A DNA stretch of 64,000 nucleotides. It comes from Phoronis australis (taxonomy: Eukaryota > Animalia > Phoronida). Every line of letters starts with the position of its first letter. Position 1 is the first letter of the stretch. The position numbers and the translations under genes were made by a program. Below, one piece after another: positions 38,601 to 52,047 of this stretch. Location: the NCBI GenBank assembly GCA_002633005.1, contig NMRA01000712.1, positions 62,001 through 126,000 on the forward strand, written 5' to 3'. The notes below the pieces were generated by a model. That model worked only from the letters and a program-made list of their open reading frames with translations, was not told the DNA's origin and searched no databases.

Positions 38601-41600
38601 CTGATCCATTATCTGACACATTTTGTCCACATACCTTGGTCCACCATGATGTGGGCCATATGACCTTATCTCCAAATAATCCCAATGACACTCCCAGTCA
38701 TCTTCAATATCAAAGTCATCGAATGTAAGCGTAATGGTGGATCCGGGGGGTCCCTAGATTTTATGAAAATTTAAAAGTATCAGATACAGTGTCAAATTGA
38801 AATATTAATAACATCACTGAATGGTGTGCACATTAAAATATGCCGTATACACATATATATCTTTGAACCGACAAATTTAAACTTAGATTGTGAGTAGATT
38901 TCACCAAAAGATACCAGAGATGTGTCTCGGCGTGTTTCAAGACCAACGACGTTTCTAAACTTCTTGTCATTCGCACGACAAAGATCTTAATCTTATTCTT
39001 CGTTCGATTGACATGAACGTTGCACATACTATGTAACTGCTCAGTATCTCGAGACTTGATGGATATTATCAGAATGTGATACAAGGCAGCGGTGATTTTC
39101 ATAATTATCTTTACAGAATCATTGCTCCGTCGTCCTGAGATGATTCCGTCTGAAACTTGGTACCTGAATAGGTCACGCCACGCGCGTTAGCGACGGCAAG
39201 CATCTGTTTTTCATTGCGACATAGGTTTTTCGAATTACTCGAGATTTATTTTCCTATTACGGTTTATGTACTGACTGATAATTCCCTGCTTTTGTTTCCT
39301 TATCAATTTCATCACGTCAGTTGACAATATTTTTGATGTCAATGACGACGACGTCTTGTTGTAAGCGAGGCGGTCGTCTCTGTCGATGTTGTCGGTGTTG
39401 CACTCATCATTGTCAACGTTATCGACAGTGTTGCAGGGGAAGACATGGTCTTCAAGTCATCTTGGACGTCGTCGTTGTCGCTCTCTTTGTCGTCGTACTC
39501 GCTTTTGCACAACATAACTGGGGACACGATTAAAGTAAAAGGCGGCATTAACTTAGTCAGAGCGATACCTGTATGAGCCAGTTGCAATCTCTGCTATTCC
39601 CATAAGACTTGGGGTAAGATGGCGTTGTGATGGTACCAGTAGGATCCGTGAATAGATCACCGCAGGCTGAAATCGAGAAACGATTGAGTGGTCCCCCTCA
39701 CTTTGTACTTTTCTAATTGCACACATTTTAATATTTTTATTTCACAGTAGAAAATAAACAATGCAAATTCGTGTTCCTATATCACAGCCTCTTCTTTATC
39801 ACAGCCTCTTCTTTTCATCATAGGAAAAATTATTATGAGTATCGTTGTCTTATTTTTATGATACTTGAAATGTCATGGGCGGCGCACCATAGGGGGCTGG
39901 GGGGCTACAGCCCCGGCCACTTTTTTCAGTGCTACGCCGCACGTGGTCTATAGGCGGTGCACCACAGGGGGGCTGACGGGGCTTTAGCTCCCCCACTTTT
40001 TTCAGTGCTGCGCCGCCCATGCATATATTGAGAGCTACATCGATCGGCGGATCAAAAACTACAGTCACCATTGTGTGGGACGCAATAGTCATATCTCCGC
40101 CCAAATGGTGCTCAATGTAACTTTAATATTTCGCGAGTTCCGCCAAAATTGTTATTTTGTCGTATGTATCGTTATTACGAACCACTTTCTAACTTTTCTA
40201 CTTTTGTACTCATATTTCCATTTCCTTATTGTTTTACGTTCCGTTCTTCCTGTAATTCTTTTCACTTGCGACAACTGAGTGAACTAATACGAATTAAAAA
40301 CAACAATCGAAGTCGTGCAATCATTGCAACAATAGCAATTGTGGGAATGGACATGTGTAAGCGATTCAAACTTTATATACTTACGACTAGCTGTCGGTGC
40401 CACATCAGTGCATTTTACTCCCGCCAGGCCATCTGGGCAAACACACGAACAGTCTGGTCCTATAAAGCCGTTGTTTTCACAAGCAGTGTGAGTGACGCAG
40501 TGTTCTGTAATGTAAATTAAAAGAGGATTGTAAGCGACAACGGAAATGCTCCGTGATAAAAATCCGTTTTGGGACTTCATAAAATCCAGCTGCGACTTGG
40601 TGTCGTTTCGACGGCCGTAGACTTTGTTCATCTACAGAATGGTGCGTCATATTGTCAAAGTTAATTGTCTTCTGTCGAATAGCACAAACTTTCTCGCTTA
40701 CTACGTTCTTCACTCATGGAGACCATTATTTTCCTTGAGCTGAATTATCTTTCTCGCGTGCGACATTTTCTCTCGACGTCCTGCTGCCTGCCCTGCTGCT
40801 ACATTGTCAAAAGAAAACGCATTTTAGAGCCTACGAGGATTCATTTACCTCGTTAAGTACAATAGCTTACATCGTCCAGTCCGAATCAACAATATGTGCC
40901 CTCAATCAGTTTCAAAGAATACTACATACAGATTCTATTATTACTTCTACATAAAGGCATACCATTGCAAGAGTACATGTTGTTAAGTGACATCGAATCG
41001 AGGAAGCTCATCTGAGATCTCTGTCCAATTCTTCTTTGCATAGCCGGATCACGTGTTTCCATGGTTATGTCATCCGACTTTATGGCGAAATACTGGAAAT
41101 ATCATGATTAAGACATAAAAATACATAGAATAGCTTCCTCATAGCCCCTTGTATTCAGCAAAACAAATTAGTTTCGCGACTTTTCTTCTAAATTTGATTC
41201 TATTTTCCTCAGTTGACTTGTCATTAATTCTGAAAGGCCTGGTCATATAAGTTTAAGTCCCCGAGCAGTAAATCATTCCTTAAATAAGATACGGAAAACT
41301 ATAAATTCTTTATTGGAAAGCAAAATTTCGTAGGCTGGTGTCAATTTTATCAAGCTTCTGTTGGCATATTTCGATCCTGAATCAAACGGTGATGACATAA
41401 TCTCCATTGATTTATTTCTCAAAAGGTTTTCAAGATGATCGATGTGCAGTTTCCTGTTTCACCGGAAATTTTCCCATTGTCAACAAACAATACTCATCAA
41501 TATGAAACCTATTGTCACCAGTTTTATTATCTTTAATATATTTATTTATTGTCATCATTATTGTGGTGACGTAGATTCACGAGTAAACTTAGGAACCAAT

Positions 41601-44600
41601 GTGAGATTGGCTTCTAGAGTAAACACGAATAATTGCATAAACAAACAACAAATACGTGAACATACCAGCCACATGGGTTTTTTAAAATATTACAATGAAA
41701 AACATGGGAGGCTTCGCCGTCAAATTGGACCAATAACAAAACTCGACTCACTGTTCCTTTGTAGTGCATAACGCTGGTGTAATCATAGGGTATGCCAAAA
41801 CTCTTGATTTCGTCGTGTTTATACTTTTGGAAGTTGTAGAAGTTATCGGGCTTGATTCTCTCCTTATGAATTATCAAATAGTCATCTCTGTCGTAACGGG
41901 ATTGCTCGTGATAGAAACCCAGCGTGTGCATCAGCTCGTGTACAACGGTGCCAAGCTAGAAATGAAACAAAGTTGGCGATTATTGCATCGAGATTCGTGA
42001 TATAAAATTCCTCAATAATCATTACGCACGTCGTGTAACACATTTATCGTATACGTACACAACGGACTTTTTATGATGCGCATTTATCAAAGCTGCTGCT
42101 CTTTGTTCTAAGGATGATGCCACACCTATCTGAAGATGGATAGAAAAATGACCGACCGAAACGTCGTGCCAATGTACCTCAACTGAGCTAGACGCTGGTG
42201 TAAATAAGCCAAGACATCTGAGACAGGATGATACTCTCAGGTGTATACATACTGTGACCGACGCGCACAAGTTGGAACCAGACGAGTCGATACACCACAT
42301 TGTCGATGTATTATTGTCCGCACAGACAGGAGTTTATTTTTGAACAAATTTAGTTTAGTTTAGTTTTCGATTACTGGACATATCTAAGAATGCACTTTAT
42401 CTGCACAAAATTCCAGGTGAAAGTCCCTCAATTTTAACGGACAATAACCGTAGTTAGATTACATCGCATGGGAAATATGGAAAATTAGGTCTTTCGCAAT
42501 TGTCCGTTGGACTACGCAGTTGCATGACCGTATCATTACGTTTGTACGGCAAATAAACATTGATTAATACATGGCAAGGCTGCTATTTCCTTTATTTAGA
42601 CACCAAGTGGAATTTGAAGGAACTATCACTCAGAGCGCTTCAGAATTAGAGTTTGTGTGAATGAAATATTTTGGTAACAAAACAAGAAAACTGGATGAAC
42701 TATTAAAGAAGAATATTAAGACTTGTTGCGTCATTTTCAAAAACGTACGTAGTGGCAGTTGGTTCCAATGGACACCTCTTGTTCGCCGTCTCCTCTTTTG
42801 CCGACGTCGGAATAGCATCTGCAAAGTGAGGGCTCATGCAATACAAATCAAATAATAACATTTGATAGATTGCCCCACTACACCATTTTGTCAGTACATT
42901 ATGACTTTTCATACATAGGCTAACATATTTCTTTACGCGTAAAACTTGGAAGGACCCTAAACTCTATTTAGTGACATCACAAGAAAAAGTTCAGTCAGCT
43001 GCCGATGCACTGCAAGTACCGCCCATGTGAAATAAAACCATTACGCATGCGCGCATGTGTAACAAGCGAATCCCATCACTTTCTGGTTTTCTTCTCGAGA
43101 TCTTACTTTTACGAACCTCAACCCAGCATAAACGCTTCCTGGTTGTATCACATGCAGGTGATCATGGGGTTTGAAGTGAAGAGTCTCAAGGGTGGCGTGT
43201 TTGTCTGCTTGCGGACTAAGTAGGCTCGCTAGTTACCTACGTGCTTAGCGTGCTGGCTATCGACCACGGACCTAGCGGCACGCAGGGAACCAGCGAGACT
43301 ACTAGCAAGGAGTGTAGTACACTCCTTGCTACTAGGCTGTAGGAGTTTTGGAATGTGCTCCAATTTTCTAAGTTTCTTGAGGGTTCCGGGACATTTTTAT
43401 TCTTAGTGAAATATAGCCGTAGTAATATTTGTGAATAGGCTAAAACTGGCTTTTGTGTCCTTTTATAGGCTTTTCAATAATATCGGATGTTTAGTGATGA
43501 TGTATCTGTCACTGTTAGCCTAACAGAAATACACACACACAGTCACGCCACATTTTTCAAAAATAAATTAGATTCGTTTGATTCAGGTAAGCACGGGGCA
43601 ATTTACCACGTGAATTTTTCTAAAATTTTGTGTTTGGATTACTCGGTGTGATTCTAACACCCACTTTGGCTGCGCGTTCTGGGGAAGTTAAAAAGGATAA
43701 GATTGACCCGGTCAACAGTCCATGGGCGCCGCACCATAGGGGGCTGTTGGAGGCTATAGTCCCCCACTTTCTTTCAGTGCTACACCACCCATGGTATATG
43801 GGTGGTGCAACACAGGGGGCTGACGGGCTATAGCCCCCCACTTTTTTCAATGCTGCGCTGCCGTGTAGCCAAGCAATAATTTTCGAAGTGCTTAGTATTT
43901 TACAGCGCTACGTAAATCTAGCCAAAAAGTGTTTTTAATTTTGGCATTTGAATTCTATTTGACCGGGTTCAAAACTTTAAAAGTGCCTTTATACTGACCA
44001 AGTGAAAACTTTGTGTCACCCACATGGTTGATAAATGCACAGAGTACCGGTGCCCTAAGCTACTAGAAACCTGAAGGCTCTGATAATTTGAGCTGACCTC
44101 CTTCCATGACTCACACGATTTCATTTTTTAACCCTCAGCGCGTGCCAAAATTTTTGCACCACTGCTGCCACAGTTCAAGTTTTACAAAGAGTCTAAAGAA
44201 TAATCTGAGTATTTGCTTACCCGTTACCTCGGTGAATTTTTACATAGGCGTTATGGCCCACCTTCTTCGCAATCAAAGTGGACTTGGGGTGGAAACGAAC
44301 GCAAGACCGATCCTCAATGTGTTTCATAGCCAGGAGTATGGCATTTTCATAGTCTGTTCCTGAAATATAGGATAAATGTATTGAGTGATAGATGTGTTGA
44401 GTGACAGTTGTATTGAGTTTCTCTAGGTACAGTTTGGTGAGAGTATTCATAAACACGATTGCTCATGAAAGCGAAATCTGAGACGTGGGGTTAACTTATC
44501 TCTACTAAATTATCAGGAATAATTCACCTTGAACAAAATCGCCCAAGGCTAAGTCTTTGCGAATCCAGCTTGTTACGAAAAGGGAGGTCCATATCAAACC

Positions 44601-46137
44601 TAAGGTTTCTTAATATAATTATGTATCGCAAACTATGAATAGAAAACCTATAATGAAAGTTAGTGTCATGATCTGTGCGCCCTGAGGCCAATAGAAATGA
44701 AAGAATATATAAGTTGTCTACTTCCCCGTGGTTTTTGTTTGCCACTTAGCGGGCTAAAGGAGGCCGGGACCCTTGGATCCCTCCCCTGGATCCGTCTATG
44801 CATTAACATGACTACTTTTACGCTGAGCTCATTTCATCAATATAATGAACATATTGATTGTGGGAACAAATAGGGGAGAAATACACCTCTGTTCTGGCCT
44901 CTGCCCCCCCCCACCTTGTCGGAAAGCCAGGCGTTAGTTTGTGTATGTCTTCACTGTCTTCTTTTTATGCAACAAATGGCTTTGGTTCGTTGAAAAATGC
45001 CTTTAAATAAAAAACCTACCAACCTAGTGAACTGTCGAAAATATATGGCACCATTGCCTTTGGCCACCGATAGCGTTCATGAAGAATTGCTTTCCTCTTT
45101 TCCGTTTCCAACCTCTTGTGTACGCCACCATCTACCGTCGATTTTACCGATTCCTCTATAAATTGCAGCTGGTCTCTGGTCAGTTTCATGTCAGACTCTA
45201 GTGTATCTGGGGACTCTGCTTCCTCAGGAGGTTCTCTGTTCTCTTTTCCTCTCTGTAAAATGTTGTGCAAATAAAAGCAACAAGCTGTTGCATAGATTAT
45301 TCATCGATCTCCAACCAAATTGGAAATTAGTCTTTAGTTGACATTGTATCTCACATCAAGAGGGCTTGTGTAATGTTTTTATCATGGTTTTCCATTAGAA
45401 CTCACATACCGAGCAAAAGCTGCAAACCAAATACGAAGAGGATAAAAATGAAAACCATACGCGTTATTCAGTCCTTGAGTCTGTGTATCCGTGTAGTAAG
45501 AGGAATAATCTGGTATTTGATGAACAATACTTCCAACCAAAGACGTTAATTCCCTCTCTGTGGTCTCTCCTCCAACCATTTTCAACAGATTTCGACCAAC
45601 CAAACTTTGCAAAAATTAATGTTTACGAAGTGCCGCACCGAGTGTCGTCAACAATTTATGATTCGACTGCATTTTCCTGAATTTTGTCCCGTTCTCAATT
45701 TCACGCATCGGTGTAGTAGAATGCTATTCTGTGCGGGGTGTATTCTAAAAAAGAGTGCAGGTGATCTGATGTCTTCTTCAGTGCATCAGACGTGCGCAGG
45801 CCTCATGTTCCGACCCATTGTACAAAAGCACTAGATTGGGTCTTCCACCTTTCAAAATTCGACCAAACTTTCAAACAAGTATGCTTTCGTAGTGCTATAG
45901 TGTACACGCATATCGTCAGAATTTTGTCGACCACATTTTCGGAATTTTGACCCGTTCTTGGTTATGTGGGCGATTCCTTAATTTTTAAATTTCGGGCAAA
46001 CTTTCAAACAACTAAGCTTACGAGGTGCCGCATCGCGTATCGTCAGCATTTTGCAATTTGACTGTATTTTCCAAAATTCTAGCGCCTTTTTAATTACTCG
46101 CATCCGTGCAGTGGACGTACCTGTGTGTGTGTGTGTA

Positions 46138-46169
<32 letters not shown>

Positions 46170-47127
46170 TGTGTGTGCGTTCGTGTGTGCGTGCATGCGG
46201 AGACAACCCCAGCAGACCATGTATTGCTGAGGGCAAAGTGAGTTCAATTTAATTTTCATGGTTTTCTAACACTAGTCAATATATGAAATACATCAACATT
46301 GGAGTTGCCTTTGTTTTTATTTCTGGCTTAAAGCTTCCTGGTTAAATGCAATAGCTGTGAAACGATTCCCTTCGATACGAGTGATCGGATATTAGGTGGG
46401 AATGAGCTTACAAGTAATCTTTTCACAGTTGATTTGTACGTCCAGAAGGGAACTGAACAGGTTCGCTTGCAATATATTTCCCCACACCTTGTGTGTATAA
46501 TCGTAGGCCTACAGAATGCTTGCGCGGTAGCCTATTTTTTGCATTCACGGTTATGGCTTTTATTAGTCGTTTCGTCACCGTTTATCCAGTCTTTGTTGAT
46601 AGCTGCAGCCAAGCCATACTGGTGAACTAGTAATACCATACTGAAACTCAAGTTGGCATTGCGAGGTTATATCTAATTAAAAAATTCGAATATTTTATTA
46701 TTTTATCTTTCTTTTATCCAATTGGCCTGACAGTAGATTTAAATCAGATTTGTCCTTTAACTGGTACGTATGTAACAAGTTCTAACTTACCTTGTGAGAG
46801 CTCACTTTAAAGCCTCGTTCTTCTACCAACTTCTTGAGAGCGTCTTCCACTTCCTCGTGGTATTTTACAGTGTCCTGCAAAAAGTTGTCAAAACAGATTT
46901 AGCCAACATGATAACTATATCCAAACAAAAATAATTCGTATAATGAATGAATAGAAAAGATTATTATCACAAAACAATGGCTCGAAATGGGTAACGAAAA
47001 AAACAAATCGGCCTTTTTTCCTGGATGAGGGATTCTATTTCGCCTTTGAAATTCTTACCTTCGTCGGTGCTGAAGACACCAATCCAATAACCGCTAGGGA
47101 GAGAACGAAGGATATTGTCACCTTCAT
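35668..47127 (-). CDS. Secreted astacin (M12A) metalloprotease: signal-pro-astacin-EGF-CUB-TSP1, ~520 aa
   Basis: Twelve phase-consistent exons: 47059-47127 (signal MKVTISFVLSLAVIGLVSSA), 46791-46874, 45024-45252 (KRKAI...RWP), 44221-44359, 42749-42818 (CYSDVG...VSIGTNC), 41752-41955 (HELMHTLGFYHEQSRYDRD, Met-turn SVMHY), 40963-41092, 40385-40504 (EGF), 39569-39666, 38635-38753, 37834-37964 (CUB), 35668-35837 (TSP1 WSDWNPWTKCSKSCG). Total 1563 nt. Confidence 0.93.
36010..36168. mobile_element. MITE family B copy, 5-bp TSD
   Basis: CAGTGGCGGAT...ATCCGCCCCTG flanked by GTTTG on both sides. Confidence 0.85.
37029..37074 (-). ncRNA. Minimal type I hammerhead ribozyme motif
   Basis: Minus strand: ACTT-CTGAGGA-T-GGTGT(loop)ACACC-GAAA-CATGTC-AAGT, giving the conserved core, stem I ACTT/AAGT, stem II, palindromic stem III and a GUC site. 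Confidence 0.75.
37289..37334 (+). ncRNA. Minimal type I hammerhead ribozyme motif
   Basis: ACTT-CTGAGGA-T-GGTG(loop)CACC-GAAA-CATGTC-AAGT. Confidence 0.75.
45590..46060. repeat. Degenerate tandem/subterminal repeats
   Basis: Recurring CAAACTTT...GTGCCGCA..TATCGTCAG..TTTT...GAATTTTG.CCCGTTCT blocks, about three copies. Confidence 0.55.
46122..46198. repeat. Compound (TG)n/(TGCG)n microsatellite
   Basis: Directly visible. Confidence 0.95.
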
Positions 47128-47254
47128 TGTCGCGTGTGTACAAAATTGGATGACAAGTAAAAATTGAACAGTGTCGGAGAATTGCGCTATTGTTACCCGG
47201 CTCAAAGTTTGTCCAGAAGTTATCGTGATTATACAGACGTTTCGAAACGGCGGC

Positions 47255-47261
47255 TTTTATA
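47255..47261 (-). promoter_or_regulatory. TATA box of astacin gene
   Basis: TATAAAA with GC-rich flanks on the minus strand, ~130 bp upstream of the ATG at 47127. Confidence 0.6.
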
Positions 47262-50200
47262 GGCGCTTCGGCTCAATACGAAACGCCCTTAGCGTAAATA
47301 GATAGCTAGATTTATTTGGCACGACTATTAATGGACGCGTGGGACGAGTTATACGCGTTGGTGGCTTAGTTGACCGGTCGGGAGACACGTGCCGGTACTT
47401 CTAAACGAACCAATAAGAATTTAGTTACAATAGTCAACTGGGGCATGGACCTAAGTGGTTGAAGCATAGATACTCGTTCTATGGTCTTATGGTTGAAGGA
47501 ACCAATCACGGTGGTAATTGAAAACCACCGCCATAACCTGTCTTTTAGCGACGTTTTTAGTGTACAGGCGTTTACCTTGTTTTCTTTCAATACTAATATT
47601 AATGTTGATAATAATAATTTTCTAAGAGGCACAGTGATTGCAAAAACATTTAGCACTCCACACGTTACACTGCTCACGTAATTAGCCTTGATGAGGTATT
47701 CGTTGCCGAAAAGATTGTTAACTTTTTTTGGTGATTTTTAATGAAAAATGTATTTTACTTCAAAACCCGTAACATCCCATCTAAAGTTTTTCACGACGTC
47801 ACGTTGGTCACATCTGAAGGAAATACCTATCTATTTCTCTTTGCATTTCTGTGCGTTAAAAATAAAATTACAATTTCATCAAACATACATCCTTATGAGC
47901 AATTATCTAACGATTAAGAAGTGTTAGATTTGATGTCTAAAGTATTTTTGGTTGTCATCATACTTTATCATTCCTGTGTTGTCTGCCAGTCAGTGCGTAT
48001 ACTGGGTATANGTGTATGTAGATGATATAACCGAGTCTTAAGTTGGTCGGTTTGTACTATTTTGGAGGCTGTTAGTTGTTTACAAACATTTGGATTACTA
48101 GTCTTATTATATCTAGCATACCAGTATTTAGAAAACAGTGACTAGCAACAGGAAAGACGTAGTTGAGGTATAATTTGTCTTGGTCGGAATTAACATTAAA
48201 CGCTGTACTTCGCTAATAAAAAACGAAAATCTACTAAAGTCTTTTACCTTCATAGCTTCCCCATCTGTGTTTAAATTTCCTAAATATAATTTTCTTTTAA
48301 GTGACGTCTTATCCTCAGTCAATTCACTTTCGTTTCGAAATAAAACACTTCTGTAGATCATGAAAAATGCCACCTGTTTCTCCCGGAAGCCAGTAAGCTC
48401 GCCCGCATCGTGTCAATGAGGTGCATTTTGTGGCGACCGGGGTTGGGGATGGGCTCCGGTAGATATGGAAACGCGTTGTAGCAAGCGGAAATGTCCAGGT
48501 GACCAGAGGTCGAAAATTGTGACTCTATAGGGTGAATTGTGACGACAGGGATCCCCGGACACGTTTAATCAAGCTTAGGAGCCCCAAGTAAGCTCAACCT
48601 GGCGCTACAAACAAAGCGTTCAAGGCAATGATGTGATCTGCGCTGCCGAAACCTCTCCAGACGACCGCTTGTTACAGATTTTTGAATGATTAGTTACAAA
48701 CTGATTTTTAATCATCGCGACTGATTAAGAATATCCATATATTTTGTTGCCACCGGCAAAAGTGCTAAACAACCATAGTTGTCAGGTAACCAAGATGGGA
48801 AATTGGATTTTGCACTCGTGTGCAGAACACAATATTGGGCTTATGGTTGTGTAGTATACATTTAGTGAACGAAGGGACGAATATTCGACGTATCAAAAAC
48901 GTCAGATGAATTACATGCTTAGGTAAACGTAAACATGTTGTTGCCTTCCGGGGCACCTGTGAGAGTTTAGTGCAAGGCATTGACATAAAGTTACACGTTT
49001 TCGTGTTCAGTTGACTAATTGACACGAGCTCTAATATTTGTGCTGCAAACCAATAGTTATATTTTGATATTTACAATGGTTATTAAAATTAACATGCACA
49101 AAGAAATTGCACACGTGAGCAGCGTCAAAGCAAACATGTGTCCGAGTAACAGAAACATTCTAGGGGTTTAAGCATAAAACGACATATGCGAGACATTTGG
49201 ATAGATTATTTAAATGTTTAAAGCTTCACTGGGCGTTGTGATGTTGCCTAGCGGCAAATATCACCAACCGGCCTGTAGGTTTTGTATTTGAATGGGAAAT
49301 GATTTTTATGATCGACATATGTCCCGAATAATATAGAAATGACGTGCGTCGCAAGCTCGTTACCAGAGATGAAAATAATTTACAGCAACTAGACCTTTCG
49401 TCAATACACTTTTCACCAAACCTGGTTAAAGAGGCACACAACAAGAGGTATTACGGGCCGATCACTTTTCGGAGATCATTTGTGAAAAGTTCATAGCCCT
49501 ATCTATAAAAGTGAAATGTGCTTTTGATAACTTGCTATCCGCAAAAAATGAAAACTTGAGCCGTCGATCATCGCCTTACTAGAGGATTTTCGGCATTTTT
49601 GGTCTGAATTTTACTTGGAAACCATGCAAAATAGCTAGAGTCTCACCCCTTTTTACGATGATACGGAATTGATGATTGGGCGGAATTTTGCTTTTGTTCT
49701 AGACAGTGCGGTTTTGTTCTGGACTATGCGGTTAATGTTAAGAAGTAAAACATTCGAAACACCGTGGAAAACTATTAGAATCTAAACGGTTGATGTTACT
49801 TACCTGAACTGGATCACCGATGGAAACATTTTATGATGCAATTGTTCTTTGTCAAGTCATTTGATCAATGACTATATATGAATTTATTATTTTTAGTATA
49901 AACCTATGACATTGAATTTTCAGCAAATATCTAATTATTTATTTCAACACGTCTGTTCTACAAGAGCGGGAGCCTGGTGCCGAGCATTCGAGATTTCGCA
50001 AAAATCGTTAACGTTTTATATTTGAATTCTGTTGACAAATGAAAACCAGGGTTGTCAAACTATTTGAAAATGAAATCGGAGCAAATCAAATTAGCGGTGT
50101 CGTATAATTCCGTTTTAGCAATCAATGACCAACATCGGTCTTTGGGTTTTGTGATTTATCGTGTGAATATGAAAACAAAACAAAGGATTGCACTCAAAAC

Positions 50201-51885
50201 ATGCATAACAACTTTTTTCAAAGATGTCGTTGCTGGGAGCTTTACAAGATCGCATCTTTGTTTAAAAGTCTTCGTTCGCGATTTATTATAAATCGCCAAA
50301 CCTTGCATCTGACACTGCTATATTCTAATTATTATCTGTCACCGCGTTTCACGTAACTTGAAATTACCACATGAGCCGCCTCAAGCCTAGAAACGAGGAT
50401 AAATATAGGAATTTATGAATGTCACGGAATAGATTCAGATGCTAATTTAAGACGGACGAGTTAGATAGTTTCTTTGTTTGAAGCGGACAGCTCCCTTCAC
50501 GACCGATTGTGTAGTTAGGATTGAATTAAGTGTTCACCCCTTAGGAAGTCTTTTATGACATCATTCCGATAAGAAATAAAAAGGAATGTTTTACTAGACA
50601 TTCAGAGGAGACAAGCATTGTTTGAAATCCGAATCGTCTTTAACACTAAATCAAAATCTTCGAGTGGTACCGTCTCTATTTTTGCTTGGTGACGAACAAA
50701 CAGTACTTAGGTCCACTCCTCCGGATGTTCGTTGGTTGACTTTTAGGTAACCCATAATCCGAAAACAGCAAATCCCGTACGTATATAATGTGGTGTTGCC
50801 AAAACCGGGGGCGCAATAATGTCTAGCCAGTCGTCCCCAGATACGGTCGGGAAGGTTTGTTGGGACACCCAATATTATAATATACAACCTTTATGGCGAC
50901 AGATAGACTTCACTGCTTCTCGTTCACTGGTGACAGTATGAATATAATTGTATTAAAGTGGTGTGGTGTGGTATGAACCATCAGTCACCATCTTGTTTCT
51001 GAATTCACACATACAAAGCCTTAAATGAAGAAAATGTTGTTACGGAAACGCACATAAATTCCAAAATAAAAAATGAGACATCCCCCGTGTACAAACCGAC
51101 GCAGGCGGTATACCGGCCGTTTTCATTAATTGAAATAACTAGAGTGCCAACTAAGATTCCGATGAGGGCAGCACATGTACATCTTACAGTAGTTACCGTT
51201 ACCGCACCTGTGGAACTTCAGACTAAGGATATCACAACTGACTGGTTCTCTATCTGTAGCACTCAAAGGCTGTTATCATATCTAGGTTTGTTTGCTGTTT
51301 CATGAGTGTCACGTGGTCTTGCAACAGCACGGTATACAGAAATTCTACATTCTCTGCGTTAAATACATAAGCACACGGTAGACTGAATTCAACTTGAGCC
51401 GGCAAGTACATTGCAGAAAAAAATTTGTTCAGATGGTCTTATTTATCCTTCAAAACGTCAATACCAGAGATACCCTCAGTGACAGATCTACGTTTTCAGT
51501 AACGGGGGGGAGGGGGGTAGGTTTAGGATTCGAGCGAATCCCCGAGGCGCGTAGCGCCGAGACGAAGAAAGGAAGGTCGGGAGGGGTTCCCCCCTCTCCC
51601 GTGTAAGGTGTTTTGTGGTTTTTAGTAGCTGATTTCGTTTTCTGGCGAATTTTTTTTTCAATCTTTATTTTTGATCCTGTAGATCCGCCCTGACTCTCGT
51701 TCCGCCGTTGAAGAAGTTCATTTAGGCCACTGGGTCATCCACAAAAATCGGTTCTACTTTTTTCCAGGTGAAAAGTGATTTTGGCCTTGCAAGGCACTGG
51801 CAATTCGGTTCATTCTTCGAAACCATTCTAGGTTATCAGTCAACTAAAATCCAGTCGGACATTAGAGCCAGTCTCAATCACTAAC

Positions 51886-52047
51886 CAGCAGAGGGACGGA
51901 TCCAGGATTTTGATTCAGAAGGGGAGGGGCAGCGCAGAGTATTAGCCAGAATTTTGTCCGTCAGACTTTCGCAACAACGAAGGGCCAAATGGAATATGGG
52001 AGAATTTTAGGAGGAGGGACATGGCCCCCTCCTTAAATCCGCCACTG
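51886..52047. mobile_element. MITE family B copy, 5-bp TSD
   Basis: CAGCAGAGGGACGGATCCAGGATTTT...AAATCCGCCACTG flanked by CTAAC on both sides. Confidence 0.8.

Noticed and set aside
39339-39587. Thr/Asp-rich ORF that could be a mucin-like linker exon
   Set aside because: Degenerate (GAC/GTC)n simple repeat lying between two halves of the CUB domain; in a different frame from the adjacent exon.
44528-44599. Exon-like segment encoding ...QRLSLGRFC, resembling the astacin Q.LSLG..C motif
   Set aside because: Wrong order in the gene and incompatible phase; the real exon is at 42749-42818.
49797-49835. ACTTACCTG resembling the U1 snRNA 5' end, or a small minus-strand exon
   Set aside because: Downstream sequence does not match U1 and no partner exons were found.
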